From the NCBI GenBank assembly GCA_051362555.1, contig CM120645.1:3596001-3660000 (forward strand): a stretch of DNA of 64,000 nt. The letters are read 5' to 3'. Position numbers and translations under genes: made by a program. The notes below the pieces were generated by a model, which made no database searches, had not been told where the DNA came from, and worked only from the letters and a program-made list of their open reading frames with translations. Shown piece by piece: positions 26,001-37,854 of this stretch. The stretch comes from Lingula anatina (taxonomy: Eukaryota > Animalia > Brachiopoda). Every line of letters starts with the position of its first letter. Positions within the stretch are counted from its first letter, which is position 1.

Positions 26001-29000
26001 CTGCCGTCGGGAGAGAACCTGTCAGCAAAGAAACCAAATATTAAAGCAAAAAGATGGTGAATTATTCATATATTTAATACCACACTCACTGAATACTGAA
26101 TAATACCGAATGGATGGCCTTCTTCAGTGTAGGTCTCTAAAATAGGATGTGTTTGACTACCTCCGGGGGCATACCAGTACTGGCCGTTTACTTATTTGGC
26201 ACTAAGCACTGTAGGGTTAAAACAGGAGCAAAGTTCCTGGTCTGGCAGTCAAAAATATTGTTTGTTTGCTAGCTTTCAAACCCTCATATAGGAGCTGGGA
26301 TGTGAAAGCATCTACAGGGTTAACAAAAGGGTCATTGTAAAACACACTGGAACGTAGTAGAGTGCAGTGTATTAAAAACATTCTTTTACTCATTCCAATT
26401 TTATGCCTTTTCATGATTTAAGAAGGTGTGCAGTTGAAAGTCGAATTCTGTGCAGAAATTTTGATGGAAGGGTGATCAAGATGCCCCATATACTATCCCA
26501 GAGAAGATCTAATTTTAAAGTGTATTTTTCCTGATAACGACCTAAAATAGAATAACAGAAATGATAATCTGCAGCAAGACTGTAGTATGTGGAGAAAAGC
26601 AAGATGAGACAGAGATTGTGTTAGGTGAGATCAGAGATTGTGTTGGGTGAGATCACAATTACCTTGCACATCTGACCCAATTCATGTGCTGGTTCAATGA
26701 AAACAAGAACTTCTGCCTGTGAACAGTCCACACCTGGAGAATAAATAAAATCAACAGTCAATCAAAAATAAAAAACTTACACATCTTATCTCAAAGTAAA
26801 GAAAAAGTAATTTCTAAGCTCTTTATGCTATTATTATATTGAACCAAATGCTTAGCAAGCCTTTAATTTAATTTTCAACATTGAAAGTTCACGAATTACT
26901 CAGTACAAGTTGTAAACCTCTTTTTTTTTCTTAATTTCTGAAACAATCAAACATCGCGGCATTCAGCTTTTATGAAAAAAAAAGTTACAGAATTTATATA
27001 GTTAAACACTCCCCCCACCCCCTCCTCAAACCACTCCTATACAGACACCCCCTGGGGTAGCGCTAGCAATTTTTTTTCGCTTAGCCAAATCACCCTTTTT
27101 TGTCAATTTCTTATGAAAATAGTTTTAATTTGACTAAAATTTGCCAAATCAAGTCCTTTTTGTTTAGCCAAATTAAGTCAGTTTTAGCATTTGGCTAAAT
27201 TGGCGAGTGCTAGCGCTACCCAAGCCCCCCCTTACCTTGACTGTTTTATCATCTGAGGCTGTACAAAGAGACTGGCCATCACTAGAGAAGTCCACGCTCC
27301 TCACTGTGGCTGTGTGTGCCTTGAAAACTGTAGACTCTCCTTTCCTAAAAGGCAATGTGGGTCTTGATATTATTTATATTGAGAAAAAACAAGCTGGGAA
27401 TTTGATTAACTCACAATGATTAAATAGAATGTGGACAGGAGGAAATAAACGTGCAATAACACAATATGTTAGCAAGAAATTTCAGTTTTCATTTTCAGTA
27501 ACTGTAATGATACATACGGACATAACATTCAAATACTAGAAGGTCCTCATCTCACATGGGTCCTATGACATTAGTATAGTGTAGATGTCAACATTGCTAT
27601 ATATAACTGTTCAGAAAGACTTTTGTAAAATACGTTTGAAGTAGAACCCATAAAAATTATTAACAAAGGCAACTTTTATCCTGTTATCAAAGTTAAAATG
27701 GACAATATTATCTAGAAGCAAGATGTGGCATTTAATTGCTATATGAAATAGAGTAGGCAGGTCCTGACAGTAGATGTTGTTTTTAATTGTTCTATAAAAT
27801 AGACTAGGGAAGTCCTGATGTGTGGCCTCCACTTACACACTGGGGATCCAGAGCCTGACAGTCTTATCCCTGGAGGCGGAGGAGACCAGGTGCCCAGACG
27901 GAGAGAAACAAACATCAAGTACAGCATCCTGGAAACAAAAAATAAACACAGTCACATTAATATACAGACTTTACAATGAGAAATGTAAGCATGAGCATGC
28001 AGGACAGTGTAGGCCAGATTTTTTTTTTTTTTTTGTTTGTTTTTTTTTCTTTTGCAAATGAAAAAAAATTATAATAACAATTGGAGATCAAAGAAAAATG
28101 AAAAATAATTCCCATTATTCTATGATATCAGCTGCTAACATAAGGAATGATAAAATCTCCAGGGCCAAGTTTCATCAACACTGGATGGTGCTATCCTATG
28201 GATAACACTATCCTTTGCATAAGACTGTTATCCTCTGCTCAGTACAGTAATAGTATGGTCAGCACCTACCTTATGTCCTACAAATCTGTATGCTCTCATC
28301 TGTGGCTTGAAGTTCCACACCATGAGACAAGAGTCCATGGAACCCGACGCTGAAAGGGCACAAAAATATATATACTGTACAGTGTGTCAAAATCAAAACA
28401 GGTTCTCATTTTGTTTAACTGATAAAAAGGATAATAGACTAAATAAACACTGGTATTGGCAAGAGGTACTATATAATTATGAAGCTGTGTTTGAGACTAT
28501 GAGTGTCAGAAGTCACAGAAACCTTTACTCAAATAGTCTAGAGTCCATAAAATGTTGTGCCATTTACTGACCTAGTTGTTTCATATTTGGATTGAAGTCC
28601 ACACTGGTCACAGTGTCCCTGTGGCCCTTGAAATGGCGCTCCAGGGTGGGATCCTCCTGAAGAAAACAGAGTAAGTGTAAGACAGTTAAACATCATTCTT
28701 GTGCGAAATCCAAAGAATGTTCTAAGATGGATATTGGAATGGGTCCCAATCTGACAAAACCCCTACTACTACTAGTAATCAACAAAAGCAGCCAATAGTT
28801 GGAAGGATTCAACTTACCTCTCAAGGTAAGCAAAGGTAATGCCCATTTTTATTTCAATTACTAGTAACAAGATAGAGCAACCTTTGATGTTTGTTGATAT
28901 GAGATCTCCCCTCTTCTCTGCTCATACACAATAATATCAATGAAAGCCAATGGAGAGAGGTGCCATTGATGGACATATAAAAGACATTTGCCCACTTCAA

Positions 29001-29044
29001 ATGCAATGGTCATAGCTCATGTTACTTACCAAAACAGTTGCCAT
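9945..29044 (-). CDS. POC1: POC1 centriolar protein (WD40 repeats plus C-terminal Poc1 coiled coil), 13 coding exons, 468 aa
   Basis: Exons (minus): 29030-29044, 28572-28656, 28270-28349, 27837-27928, 27236-27344, 26663-26733, 25911-26018, 13270-13385, 12801-12934, 11877-12098, 11063-11149, 10576-10758, 9945-10049. All GT-AG, phases compatible, total 1407 nt. Translation [26 protein letters not shown]...[24 protein letters not shown]...[12 protein letters not shown]...[29 protein letters not shown] closely follows vertebrate POC1A/B. Confidence 0.96.
11364..11484. mobile_element. Short MITE
   Basis: TIR CAGGGCTTGACA / TGTCAAGCCCTG with TA on both sides. Confidence 0.55.
13220..13450. repeat. 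(GA)n and (AAT)n microsatellites flanking POC1 exon 8
   Basis: (GA)n about 13220-13256 and (AAT)n/(GAT)n about 13395-13450. Confidence 0.9.
14314..14413. repeat. 50-bp tandem duplication
   Basis: GGAAGACACAATGAAAAA.TCAAGATATTATCTCGAAGTGAAATGTACCC twice. Confidence 0.9.
14470..15875. repeat. CpG-rich tandem array of about 300-355 bp units (about 4 copies) built from GATCGTTCGCG sub-repeats
   Basis: GCTCACGG.ATATCTTC.GCGGAGAATCG recurs near 14868, 15199 and 15499; units are separated by poly-C tracts. Confidence 0.85.
19210..20529 (+). CDS. Uncharacterised adaptor-like protein (N-terminal PTB/PID-like domain, Tyr- and Pro-rich tail), nested antisense in POC1 intron 7
   Basis: 1320-nt uninterrupted GC-rich ORF from ATG 19210, with an in-frame TAA upstream at 19171, in AT-rich surroundings. 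N-terminus has PTB-like features (RVRFLGKV...LHLCAA...PLFALIMKR...LECYPFVC...[10 protein letters not shown]). Candidate AATAAA near 21128. An extra upstream exon (AG at 19176 or 19186) cannot be excluded. Confidence 0.85.
   Translation: MSSKNASRFYPLARCRVRFLGKVKVNDPPKGGPIGPEELNMIQKPLLSCYGPQRRQDSVDDDARLLIYRDAIRISYEENPAKVEWLPMANLHLCAALKYVNNRYQGDGADHPIFANLDSPLAKADNGHPPLFALIMKRITPADKQLECYPFVCRNTDVAFALVEACSIAYRELRHFKPHKKGEIFESYYDTRYSWEGSEISRHSSMMEKGSEGVRTLSRHPPSAMPEGRGGQRMYLIPVYEDEIYGYMGRPYYQPYRHTDDSVRYAYSIPQDYHRQRSPVPEGHYWIDGRPVYFEEYPTEIRPDSFHPHRDRKSTKESGTSPEDLYATVEKKNKRVQTPPPPPSTNGTDTTSAEVHQDIPDAPVVVPPSPPRTPPGVAFRTNIPSSPNSDPEMRTSFFSSSDGAYSTVDISAGEMKETQDQPVVHVNGESSEPIAVNGD
22993..23045. repeat. 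(TA)n microsatellite
   Basis: Pure dinucleotide run. Confidence 0.95.
24827..25041. mobile_element. Degenerate Harbinger-like MITE
   Basis: Imperfect TIRs GGGCGCATTCCCATAGATT / AATCTCTGGGAATGGGGTC flanked by TAA/TTA. Related sequence at 38186-38465 and a fragment near 13667. Confidence 0.5.
27052..27224. mobile_element. MITE abutting the POC1 exon 5 donor
   Basis: Inverted termini GGGTAGCGCTAGCA / TGCTAGCGCTACCC with internal TTAGCCAAAT repeats. Confidence 0.6.
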
Positions 29045-29261
29045 CGTTGAGGGCAATTCTGCAAAGATTCCACCCTGATATCACTGTTTATTTTCCTTGG
29101 AAACACAGTAAATCAAGAAAACCACCTTTCAAATGATGGCGGTTAAAAGCATTGTTGCTCATGCGCGGCCTCGTTTTCAGTCAAAAATGGCTGCTTCCAT
29201 GCAGGAATGCCGAATTTTGTTGCTGAGGTGAATACGCTGTTCTGTGGACAAACGTAGCATG
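29045..29261. promoter_or_regulatory. Bidirectional promoter and 5' UTR region shared by POC1 and CCNQ
   Basis: POC1 ATG at 29044 (minus). Plus-strand donor ATG|GTATGT at 29262 could splice to the acceptor near 30792 upstream of the CCNQ ATG. YY1-like motifs at 29135-29142 and 29184-29194, X-box-like motif at 29091-29104, local CpG enrichment. Confidence 0.7.
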
Positions 29262-30833
29262 GTATGTATTGGTATTCAACTGAAAATTCGCTTAAAGTGT
29301 TTGTATTGAAAATTCATGCCTTGCACATTATTTTGCCTGCGTTATATTTATTTCGTAATGCATTTGGTATCAATTGTAATATTTACGTTACTTTTAGTTT
29401 ACTTTCATTTTTCTGATAACATGATCATGATTTACGTCTTTTATTTTCGAAATAACACATTTATTCTGATTGTTCAGTTAAGGAATTGAAATAATATGAT
29501 GGTAGAGTGTAAAACGTATGCCTGCTATCTAGACCAGCTGTGATGACAATTTCAGACTTTTTAAAGCAAAAGCATTGATCATAGTATAAATATTTTAGTG
29601 TCCATCACTTCCCTATTCATATCAGTGTTTTATTTACAATTTGGAACTAGAGAGTCAGATGACTCGCTGACACTACAGAATACGAGTCATTTTTTATTTT
29701 CAAGAGTCAAAATTTTCCCGCCTTTTTGAATGGGTAATTTTAACTAGTAATGATGCGTACAACCATGTATAATGTAAATAGATTGTATATGAATTGATGT
29801 TGTTTATTGTAATTGTTGTATTCCAGACTAAAAGTATAGAATTCTATCTACATAAAAAAATATAAAAAATAAAAAAACAGCCTTTGTATTAGTAACCAAA
29901 GTGTATTCAACATATGACAACAAACACACTAACAGTCATACAACTTCAAAATGATATGGACAAAAGTATGCATTTTGATTCTTTTTCTAACAAAAACCAT
30001 TTAAACAACGGATTATTAACATGATTAAACCTAAAGGTAGATAAATAAACAAAAAATCATCAAGATAAACGATAAATTAAAATTGATATGGAGAAACTTT
30101 GTGTTGACTAGTATGTAAAAAAATTGTCAAAATTTATATGGATCGACATAAATGGAAAACAAATTATATAGGAAGGAAAAAGATTGTCAAACACAAAAAA
30201 GTAGATAAATGAAGACAAGGAATTTCAATAGATAATTGCTATGGCAATTACAAATTATATTCCAATCTGGAAATATTATGTTTTGACTGTTAAACATAAA
30301 AACACAATACTAGACAAATTTACCTGTGATTTTATACACGTAGTGTAACATATTTTAACCATTTAGAGTAATCTCTGTCACCAGTTTGCGGACTAAACTG
30401 TTTTTTAGGTCAAACCATTTTCATTTGGGTCTTAAAACATAATAAAATATTTAAATTGAATTTAAAAACCCGTATTGTGCCTATAGCAGCATATTGTACT
30501 AGTAGTGTACTATCGGTGGCAAGTTGACATACTTTTTTCAACACAACAACGATCGGAAATAGGCCTACTAGTAGGTTTTAAATCGGCAATATTACAACAC
30601 TTTTGAAAGTAATTAGTTGTGGCTGTCATACATTAGGGTCAAATGACGCACTAGATCATATTTTTTTGCGTCAATTTTAGGATTCATGCGTATTTTACGC
30701 ATGACGCAGAGGTAAATAAAACACTGCATATCAATTTCTATGTTGTAATTTAGATATAAATCAAAATTTTTGATTATCCTCTTTTTCTCTAGATAAATCA
30801 CAGATGATTTTTCAATAATTTCAAGACTACAAA

Positions 30834-33353
30834 ATGGACAATAGTGGAGATGAACTGGAGGCAGACCAGGCCACTGCTAGGAAACATTTTAAAATTATGC
30901 AGTTTGTAATGGAATGTGGTAAGATTGGGAATCAGGTTTCTGATATGAATGATTGAAAAAATATATTTCCTTTAATGCCCAGATGAAAACTTTCTACTAG
31001 TATGTAGTACTATAAAGAGATGAATTTTCATAAATGGTAACGCTGAGATGTTAGCAATGTGTTATAAGGGGGGGCTGTGAAAGGCATCTTTCCCTGGTAA
31101 AATATTTATTTATATTATCCTTTTAAATAAAAAAAGAAATATAAATAACATAATGTTGTCCACAGTATTATAAAAGTATTCTTTGAATCTTTGTTAAATG
31201 GTAAAACCTTTTGTAAATTTTAGGTCTAAAGCTTCATCTGCGTTCGGTAACACTGGCCACAGCTTCAATATTGTACCATAAGTTCTTTCAAAACTGCAGT
31301 TTGGATGAGTATGACCCTTATGTGAGTGAATATGTATCTGGATGAGAAATTATCTCTGAGTTTTAGTCTGGCTAGCAGGTTTAACAGTTTGTCCTCAATA
31401 TTATAGTCTGTTCAGATGATCTGCATGCTTAGTATTAGTATTTGTTTCTGTTGTTATTTATTTGATTAATTTCCTGTTTGTAAACCTGATATTGTTATAA
31501 TAATAATTATTATGTAACACACCAAAAATCTTAAACAGCTGTTTGATACTAATTTGTCTTCCTTGGTAATTTAAGAGTAATATCTTTGTTGAAAATTTTT
31601 AAATTGTGTTTTACATGTTGTTTGCCTTACATTTTATGTGTGGGGTTTTATTATCTTGTAGCTTATAGCAACTGCTGCCATCTATCTTGCTGGCAAGGTT
31701 GAAGAACAGCACCTTAAAATCCGAGATGTTGTAAATGTGTGTTACAGGTGGGTAGGCACAACTTCAAGGCAGGTTCAGAACTTAATTTAGCCACCAAGTG
31801 ACTTAGGTAGAAAGCCTGGGTTGTTGATTTAATTGACAACAAAAGGCAAGATGATGAGGCTTCCTTATTTACATCAGTGGAATGATTGTACGAGGAGGCA
31901 TTGTTGTTAAATTAATGGCCAATATAAGTTAGCATATTCTGGTTGATTTTTTTTAATATGACAATCTCTTTGGTGATATGAAAACTACTGGCTATGAAAA
32001 CTACTTGTGTGAAGTCTACAGTTGCAATAGAAAGATTACAATACATACCTCACTTTCATCCAGAGTTTTTATAATTCAAATCTTTTGATTTATTATTTGA
32101 AAATAATTTCAGAACTGGACCTTGATACATACATGTACCACAGTGAAGATACCGTGGTAAAATTCACTGGCATAAGATAAAACCCTGGATGGAGGGTTCC
32201 TATGCCACTAGATTCCTCTTCTTTTCCTTGTGGATTACCTTTAATGAGCAAGGTTATTTTGTTTCAGAACCCTCCATAAAGACAGGCCAGCCCTAGAGAT
32301 AGGAGACTTGTACTGGACATTGAAGGAGTCCGTGGTGAATGCTGAACTGCTGTTAATGAGAATGATGAAGTACTCTGTGGAGTTTGAACATCCTCATAAG
32401 GTGAGGAGTATTTTTAAGGGACCACATACCATTTTTTTTCTCCCAGAAAATAATGCTGTTGATTTTCTGTTTGTGTTGTCTGAAAAAATGATAAAGAGTG
32501 CTAAATACTTTCTGCTCTTAGGACTACTTCATAAGAAATGTAACTAGACATACCATTATAATAGTAAAAACTGGAAATATTTGGAGTTGGTCAAGCCCTC
32601 ATCTTGTTATAATATGCACTATGATATCTTAAAATTGTACTAAATATTTTAATTTGTAACTAAGAACTATAAATCCTTACAGTACATGCTACACTATCTG
32701 AAATCACTGAGTGACTGGGTAGAAGAGAATACATGGTCTCAGGCCCCCGTTGCTACGACAGCCTGGGCGTTGCTAAGAGACAGTTACCATGGAAGCGTAT
32801 GCCTGAAGTACAAGCCACAGCATGTAGCAGTTGCAGTGATATACTTGGCCTTACAGAGTCAGGCTGTGGAAATACCTTTCAGTCCAACAGCTGAGACCAA
32901 ATGGTGGGAGGTAGGAGTGTGTATTTGGAATCATTGTGTTAGGTGTGACAATACTCTGGTGGTTGAGACCCCTTGAAGAAAATTTTTCAGCCAGATTAAA
33001 TTTTAAGCTTTTCTGATCCTTTAAGAAACAATGGAAAAATAAATTTTCCCTCGCTCTGTTTTGATAGAGAAAATAATTCAAATTGAAGTTTTTAAAAAAC
33101 AGTAATGCTACCATTCGTGGCATTTTTTGGGGTTTTGTGTGTGATCATTATCAATGCTACTATACTTTTCAATGATATTTTAAATATCAATCCTATTTCA
33201 TAATTATATCATGTTCATCAGAATTTCACCTTGAAATGATTTCCACACTTTCTTTTTCAGGCCCTGTGTGAGGACATTCAGATCTCCACTATTAAAAAGA
33301 TAATCCATGATCTCATAGACTTGTATAACCTGGAGACAACTGTGGCCTCCTGA
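30834..33353 (+). CDS. CCNQ: Cyclin Q (cyclin M / FAM58A), CDK10 partner, 6 coding exons, 240 aa
   Basis: Exons 30834-30918, 31224-31321, 31662-31747, 32268-32400, 32683-32910, 33261-33353 (723 nt, GT-AG). Motifs YHKFF...YDPYLIA..IYLAGKVEEQHLKIRDVVNV, FEHPHKYMLHYL, AWALLRDSYHG..CL, KWWE match cyclin Q. Confidence 0.95.
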
Positions 33354-36300
33354 CAGGACCTGCCAGCAATGTAGACTGTTTACACATATGTATTACATGT
33401 ACTTTATATATGTATGACTGAAAGGAAGAGAACAGAAGAGGAGTATCCCACATTGCTTGGTAGAGCACATGACCAGATCTGCACAAAGGAGTATAAACAA
33501 ACAATATAGTGAATGAAATGTCCATCGTTTTGACAGGTGCCTTGTGTCTGAAAAGGTTCATTAAATTTACTGACAATTCTTATCTGATACGTTTCAACAC
33601 TGTTCTTGCAAGAGATGTCAAACTCTTGACTGCATCATGGGTGTCCCTGATTTGGACACATTGCAAGAGACGATTTCTGCCCAAGACTTCATGTAACCTT
33701 TGAAGACTGATGTGAAAGTTAAAGCCTACTACAGGCATGATAAAAAGACACGAGCTTGTATTCTTTATTATTTTTATTTCACTTAGCATATTTTGATAGT
33801 TAATCAAGCATGACACATTAGTTTTTACATTAAAATGCTTCTGGAAGAAGTCTGATAAAACTGGGGGGGGTAGTAAAAACATTTTTAGCACTCTCAAACT
33901 AAGGGGAAAAAATCGATATATAAGGAAAGGAACAATTTCATCCCAAAAAGTGCACATGGACGTGGACTGAAAAAGAAATACTGCAAACAATAAAGAAGAC
34001 AAGTTTGTTATGTGAACAGACAGATTTATTATGTACAATCTAAGTAAGTTTTCAACTTACAGTATCTGACCAAGCTCCGTATTTTAAGACCTTTATTTCA
34101 AAGCAAGTTGTGCTGTAACATCTCAGTTAACCATGCAGTTAAAATTACTAACTTAAAGCAAATCGATTGAACAGCAGGGGGCAATATTTGCTGCCTGCAA
34201 GAAACCATAAGTATACTGTTTACTGATAAAATACATATTGAGCTGAGCCGTCCTAACATGGCTTGAAATGCAGCCTATTGAACACAAATCCTGGTACTTC
34301 AAAATCTTACAGTACAAAACAATACTAACAACACCCAAGTCTTGAGACTTCATTTTAAGTTGGTTAAACCTTTCTAAAACAATTCAACTCAACATTCGTT
34401 GGATTACTAAACTACAAACCAGCTTTTTTTGGGCTAGAAAGATAGTGAGGAAAAGAAATTTAAAGGCTATGTAAATAATTACTAGAATCATTAATTTTTT
34501 CCTCTTCACAAATTTTTTTTCAAAAAAAGTACAAAAGCTGGCTGAGATCAGAAAGTCTGTTTTTGTAATTGGATGAAAGGTGAAAATCATGAATTTAAAT
34601 GATGTTCGAACTGAAAGTGGTCTGCATTTTGTGAGAAATACCTGTCCCCTTGTGCCAGGGAAAAGTTGAGAGTCAAAAGCTGCTTCTGCTGTGAAAAACC
34701 AGAAAAAAAAACTTAAAGCGATGATGGTGAGCGATAAAATTATAGTACGGAGCTGTCATTATGAACATTTGAATGTAAATGATAAATGGCCAGTCAAAAT
34801 ATTCTGTGAAGATGAGAATTCAAACAAATAGTGAGGAAAAAAACCTTTCTGCAATTGATTATTTTTTTTCTTTCAGTTACCAACTGAGATACATTTTTAT
34901 TTTCACATCATAAAATTGGCTTGATAGTAAAGCGCTTGTACAGACTGCAATAAAAATGACAAAATACATTGTTGTTAACAAAAATAACATCTTGTAAACA
35001 AAAAGCTAACAGACATGTTTTACCATAAAATATTTACAAAGAATATTTATAAGCATCAACTCTTATCCTGAATTAGGGTAAGTTACTTAACAAGGCAAAA
35101 GCACATGTAAAACCAAACACATTCTTTCCAACTTAAAATTAGAACCCTGATTTCAATGGGTACAACTTATTATGGTAATCTTCTACCAATCAATAAAAAT
35201 ATTTGCCATGCTTAAGTATGCCAAGAGAGAAAAATAAACATTCATGACAAACAGATTTGCATGTTAATAACTGTACAAATACTGCTAATAATTAAAAATA
35301 ATATGCAAACTTCCCCCATCCCCCACAATTCATATTATTTAGTACATACATGTACTGTACTCATTACCTTTTCTTTACAACATCCAATTATACTCTGTTT
35401 AGGAAAATTTCTTATTGCTATTTTTCTACCATAAATATATTGTCACAGTTAACAACATTCAGTTGGCTAGCTAAAACTTATCCAATTAAATAGTTTTTTT
35501 AGATCAGTGATGAGAAGCAATTGCAATCACTCATAGTGTGATTGTAAATTTGATATTATTTAACTATTACTAGACATAATTACATTCACTGGGGACACTG
35601 TGACATTATCATTTAATTTGCAAAATAATAATGCCCTGAAATATTTTCTTCACTCTTGCCGATTTTACATGGCTGATTAAAATGAACTGTTATGTCAAAA
35701 TCTAGTGTCATTTTGTTAAAAATATTTTTTCATAAATTGCACTTATAGGAAAGATTTGAAAACTAGTCTGTAAAAGATCCTCTGTAAAATATAGTGTTGT
35801 GTTGTTGTTCTCTGTCAGAAATGCCAAGACACCAGATCCTTGACATTTCAATGGTCAGGAAATTTTTGTTTAAAGTGGAAGAAACACCAGAAAAATACAC
35901 CTCTAATATAAGAACATGGTCACCAACTTTACCTTTTGCATAATTAAATTAAAATCCTGTTCAAACTATAAGAAATGGTGCTATAAATTAATACTGACAG
36001 AATTATACAGGGTAAAATCATTTTATATTTGTGCAATATTTCCACAACTACAATTGCTCTCTGATAGTAATCCATGTAATCACTACCACTTTCATATGGA
36101 GGAGAATTTGCCACACATTTTAATGAGAAGTGTTTGCAAACGTCCTTACAGAAGCATTGGCTTCAGAATTCATCAGTTTATATATATCATGATCGCTTTA
36201 ATTTCATTATGCTTTTGAATAGCACTTAATATTAATAATAATAATACTTTTGTATCACAAAAAATACAATATGATAATTTATATGCTATAATCACACACA

Positions 36301-37854
36301 CACACACACTATAAAACATACAATATATATCTGTGCAAGTGTGTGCATGTGCATAATTATATATATATAAAATGCACACACATACACTCACACAAATGTA
36401 AGGCATCTGGTACTAGATACATTGTTTTGCATCCAGTTTGCTTACAATCAGGGTCTCCACCTCTATCTAGTCACAGCTGATCTTAATGCTACAACTGTCA
36501 CCCAGTTATGGCTGACCCTACAATGTCACAGTTGAGCTTCCTTCAAGCACCATTCAAGGTCACAGGCGACAAGGTCAAGGTTACACTTCAAAGGGGTCAC
36601 ATGAATCCGTCTAGTCAAGGTCAACTTTGTTCTGTATGTCTTTCTAGTAAGTGGCACTTAATCATTGCTTTTATTGTTTTGTTTTTAAAGCGATCCATAC
36701 TCTTTTTTAACTTCCTTTTTCCTTATTTCAAAACATCTTGAGATAAAAAAAACAATCCATTATCTGTCTATAAACTCTCTATGGAAATCTCCATATCAAA
36801 CAGCACTACACTGCACACAGTCTGATACCTAAGTCGGGTACCTTCAGTGTCTTATCACAGCTCAGACTGGACTATCTTACTTGTCAGTCTTCATGTACAG
36901 ATCTTGAGAGCATCATAACACCTAGGGCCCTGTTGCACAAAACAACAAAAGTCAAAAAAGGGTCTCAGTCACAACTGCCAAAGATGTCTAGCTGACTAAA
37001 CTGTGCTTCACTCAAAGTTTCCATACACCCTTTTCTCTTTTTGGTCTTTTAATCCAACTAAGGACCAAACTGTCAGAGATTTTGCAGATAATTTACCTCA
37101 TAAGTGGCAGTAGCCCCTTAGCTCCATTCTCTAGTAGGCTATTAATTAGAAAATCGCCTCTTAGATCAAGTCATGAAGTCATAGTTGGTCATCCAGTCTT
37201 TCAGTGATGCAGGACCCTAGAACAGGAATTCATGGACATCAAAGCCTTCTGTTTGTGACCACTTTCTCCAAGTACCTTCATCCTGGGTCACAAGCCGACC
37301 TCTCAGTGACAAAACACCTGCCATCATACACACCATAGACCTTGTACAGTCCTGTCACTTCTATCCATTCTAAATATTTCCCTGGATTTTCATACACCCG
37401 TGTTGGCTGTGTACATGACCATTATCAGCTTGGACAGCCCTTGTTCAGGTAGTGAGCCTGTCAGTACAGGGAGTACACTGGATCAATTTATCTCGCAAAC
37501 CATATACAGGTATCAAACCCATTGTTTCACACTTCAATACTCCTCTCGCCTAACCTTCCCCACTCTGGAACATTGCTCCTTTGATTCAAAATGCCTGTCT
37601 GTCATCAGCATTCCTGTTAACTCATTCAAATGTATCTGTCCTTCCAGATAGCATTCCCTCTGTAATGGATTCCAGTGCCAACAAGCAGACGTATTGCACA
37701 CAACGCCCCCTATCCATCTGCTCCTGTATTGTCTTGCTTCTGATCTAGATCTGCTGACTCATAGACCATGAAAAAGTTGGTTGGGCAGCCTTTTCTAACT
37801 TAACTTCCACACGTAGCCATTGCAGATTAAAATTTGCAAACCAAGGTCACAGAG

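Noticed and set aside
33351-33374. CCNQ stop TGA-CAG as a read-through site
   Set aside because: It would add only about 7 residues with no targeting motif and lacks the TGA-CTAG context.
33354-37854. Overlapping 3' UTRs of convergent CCNQ and the receptor
   Set aside because: Many AATAAA/TTTATT hexamers occur in AT-rich DNA; the real cleavage sites cannot be inferred.
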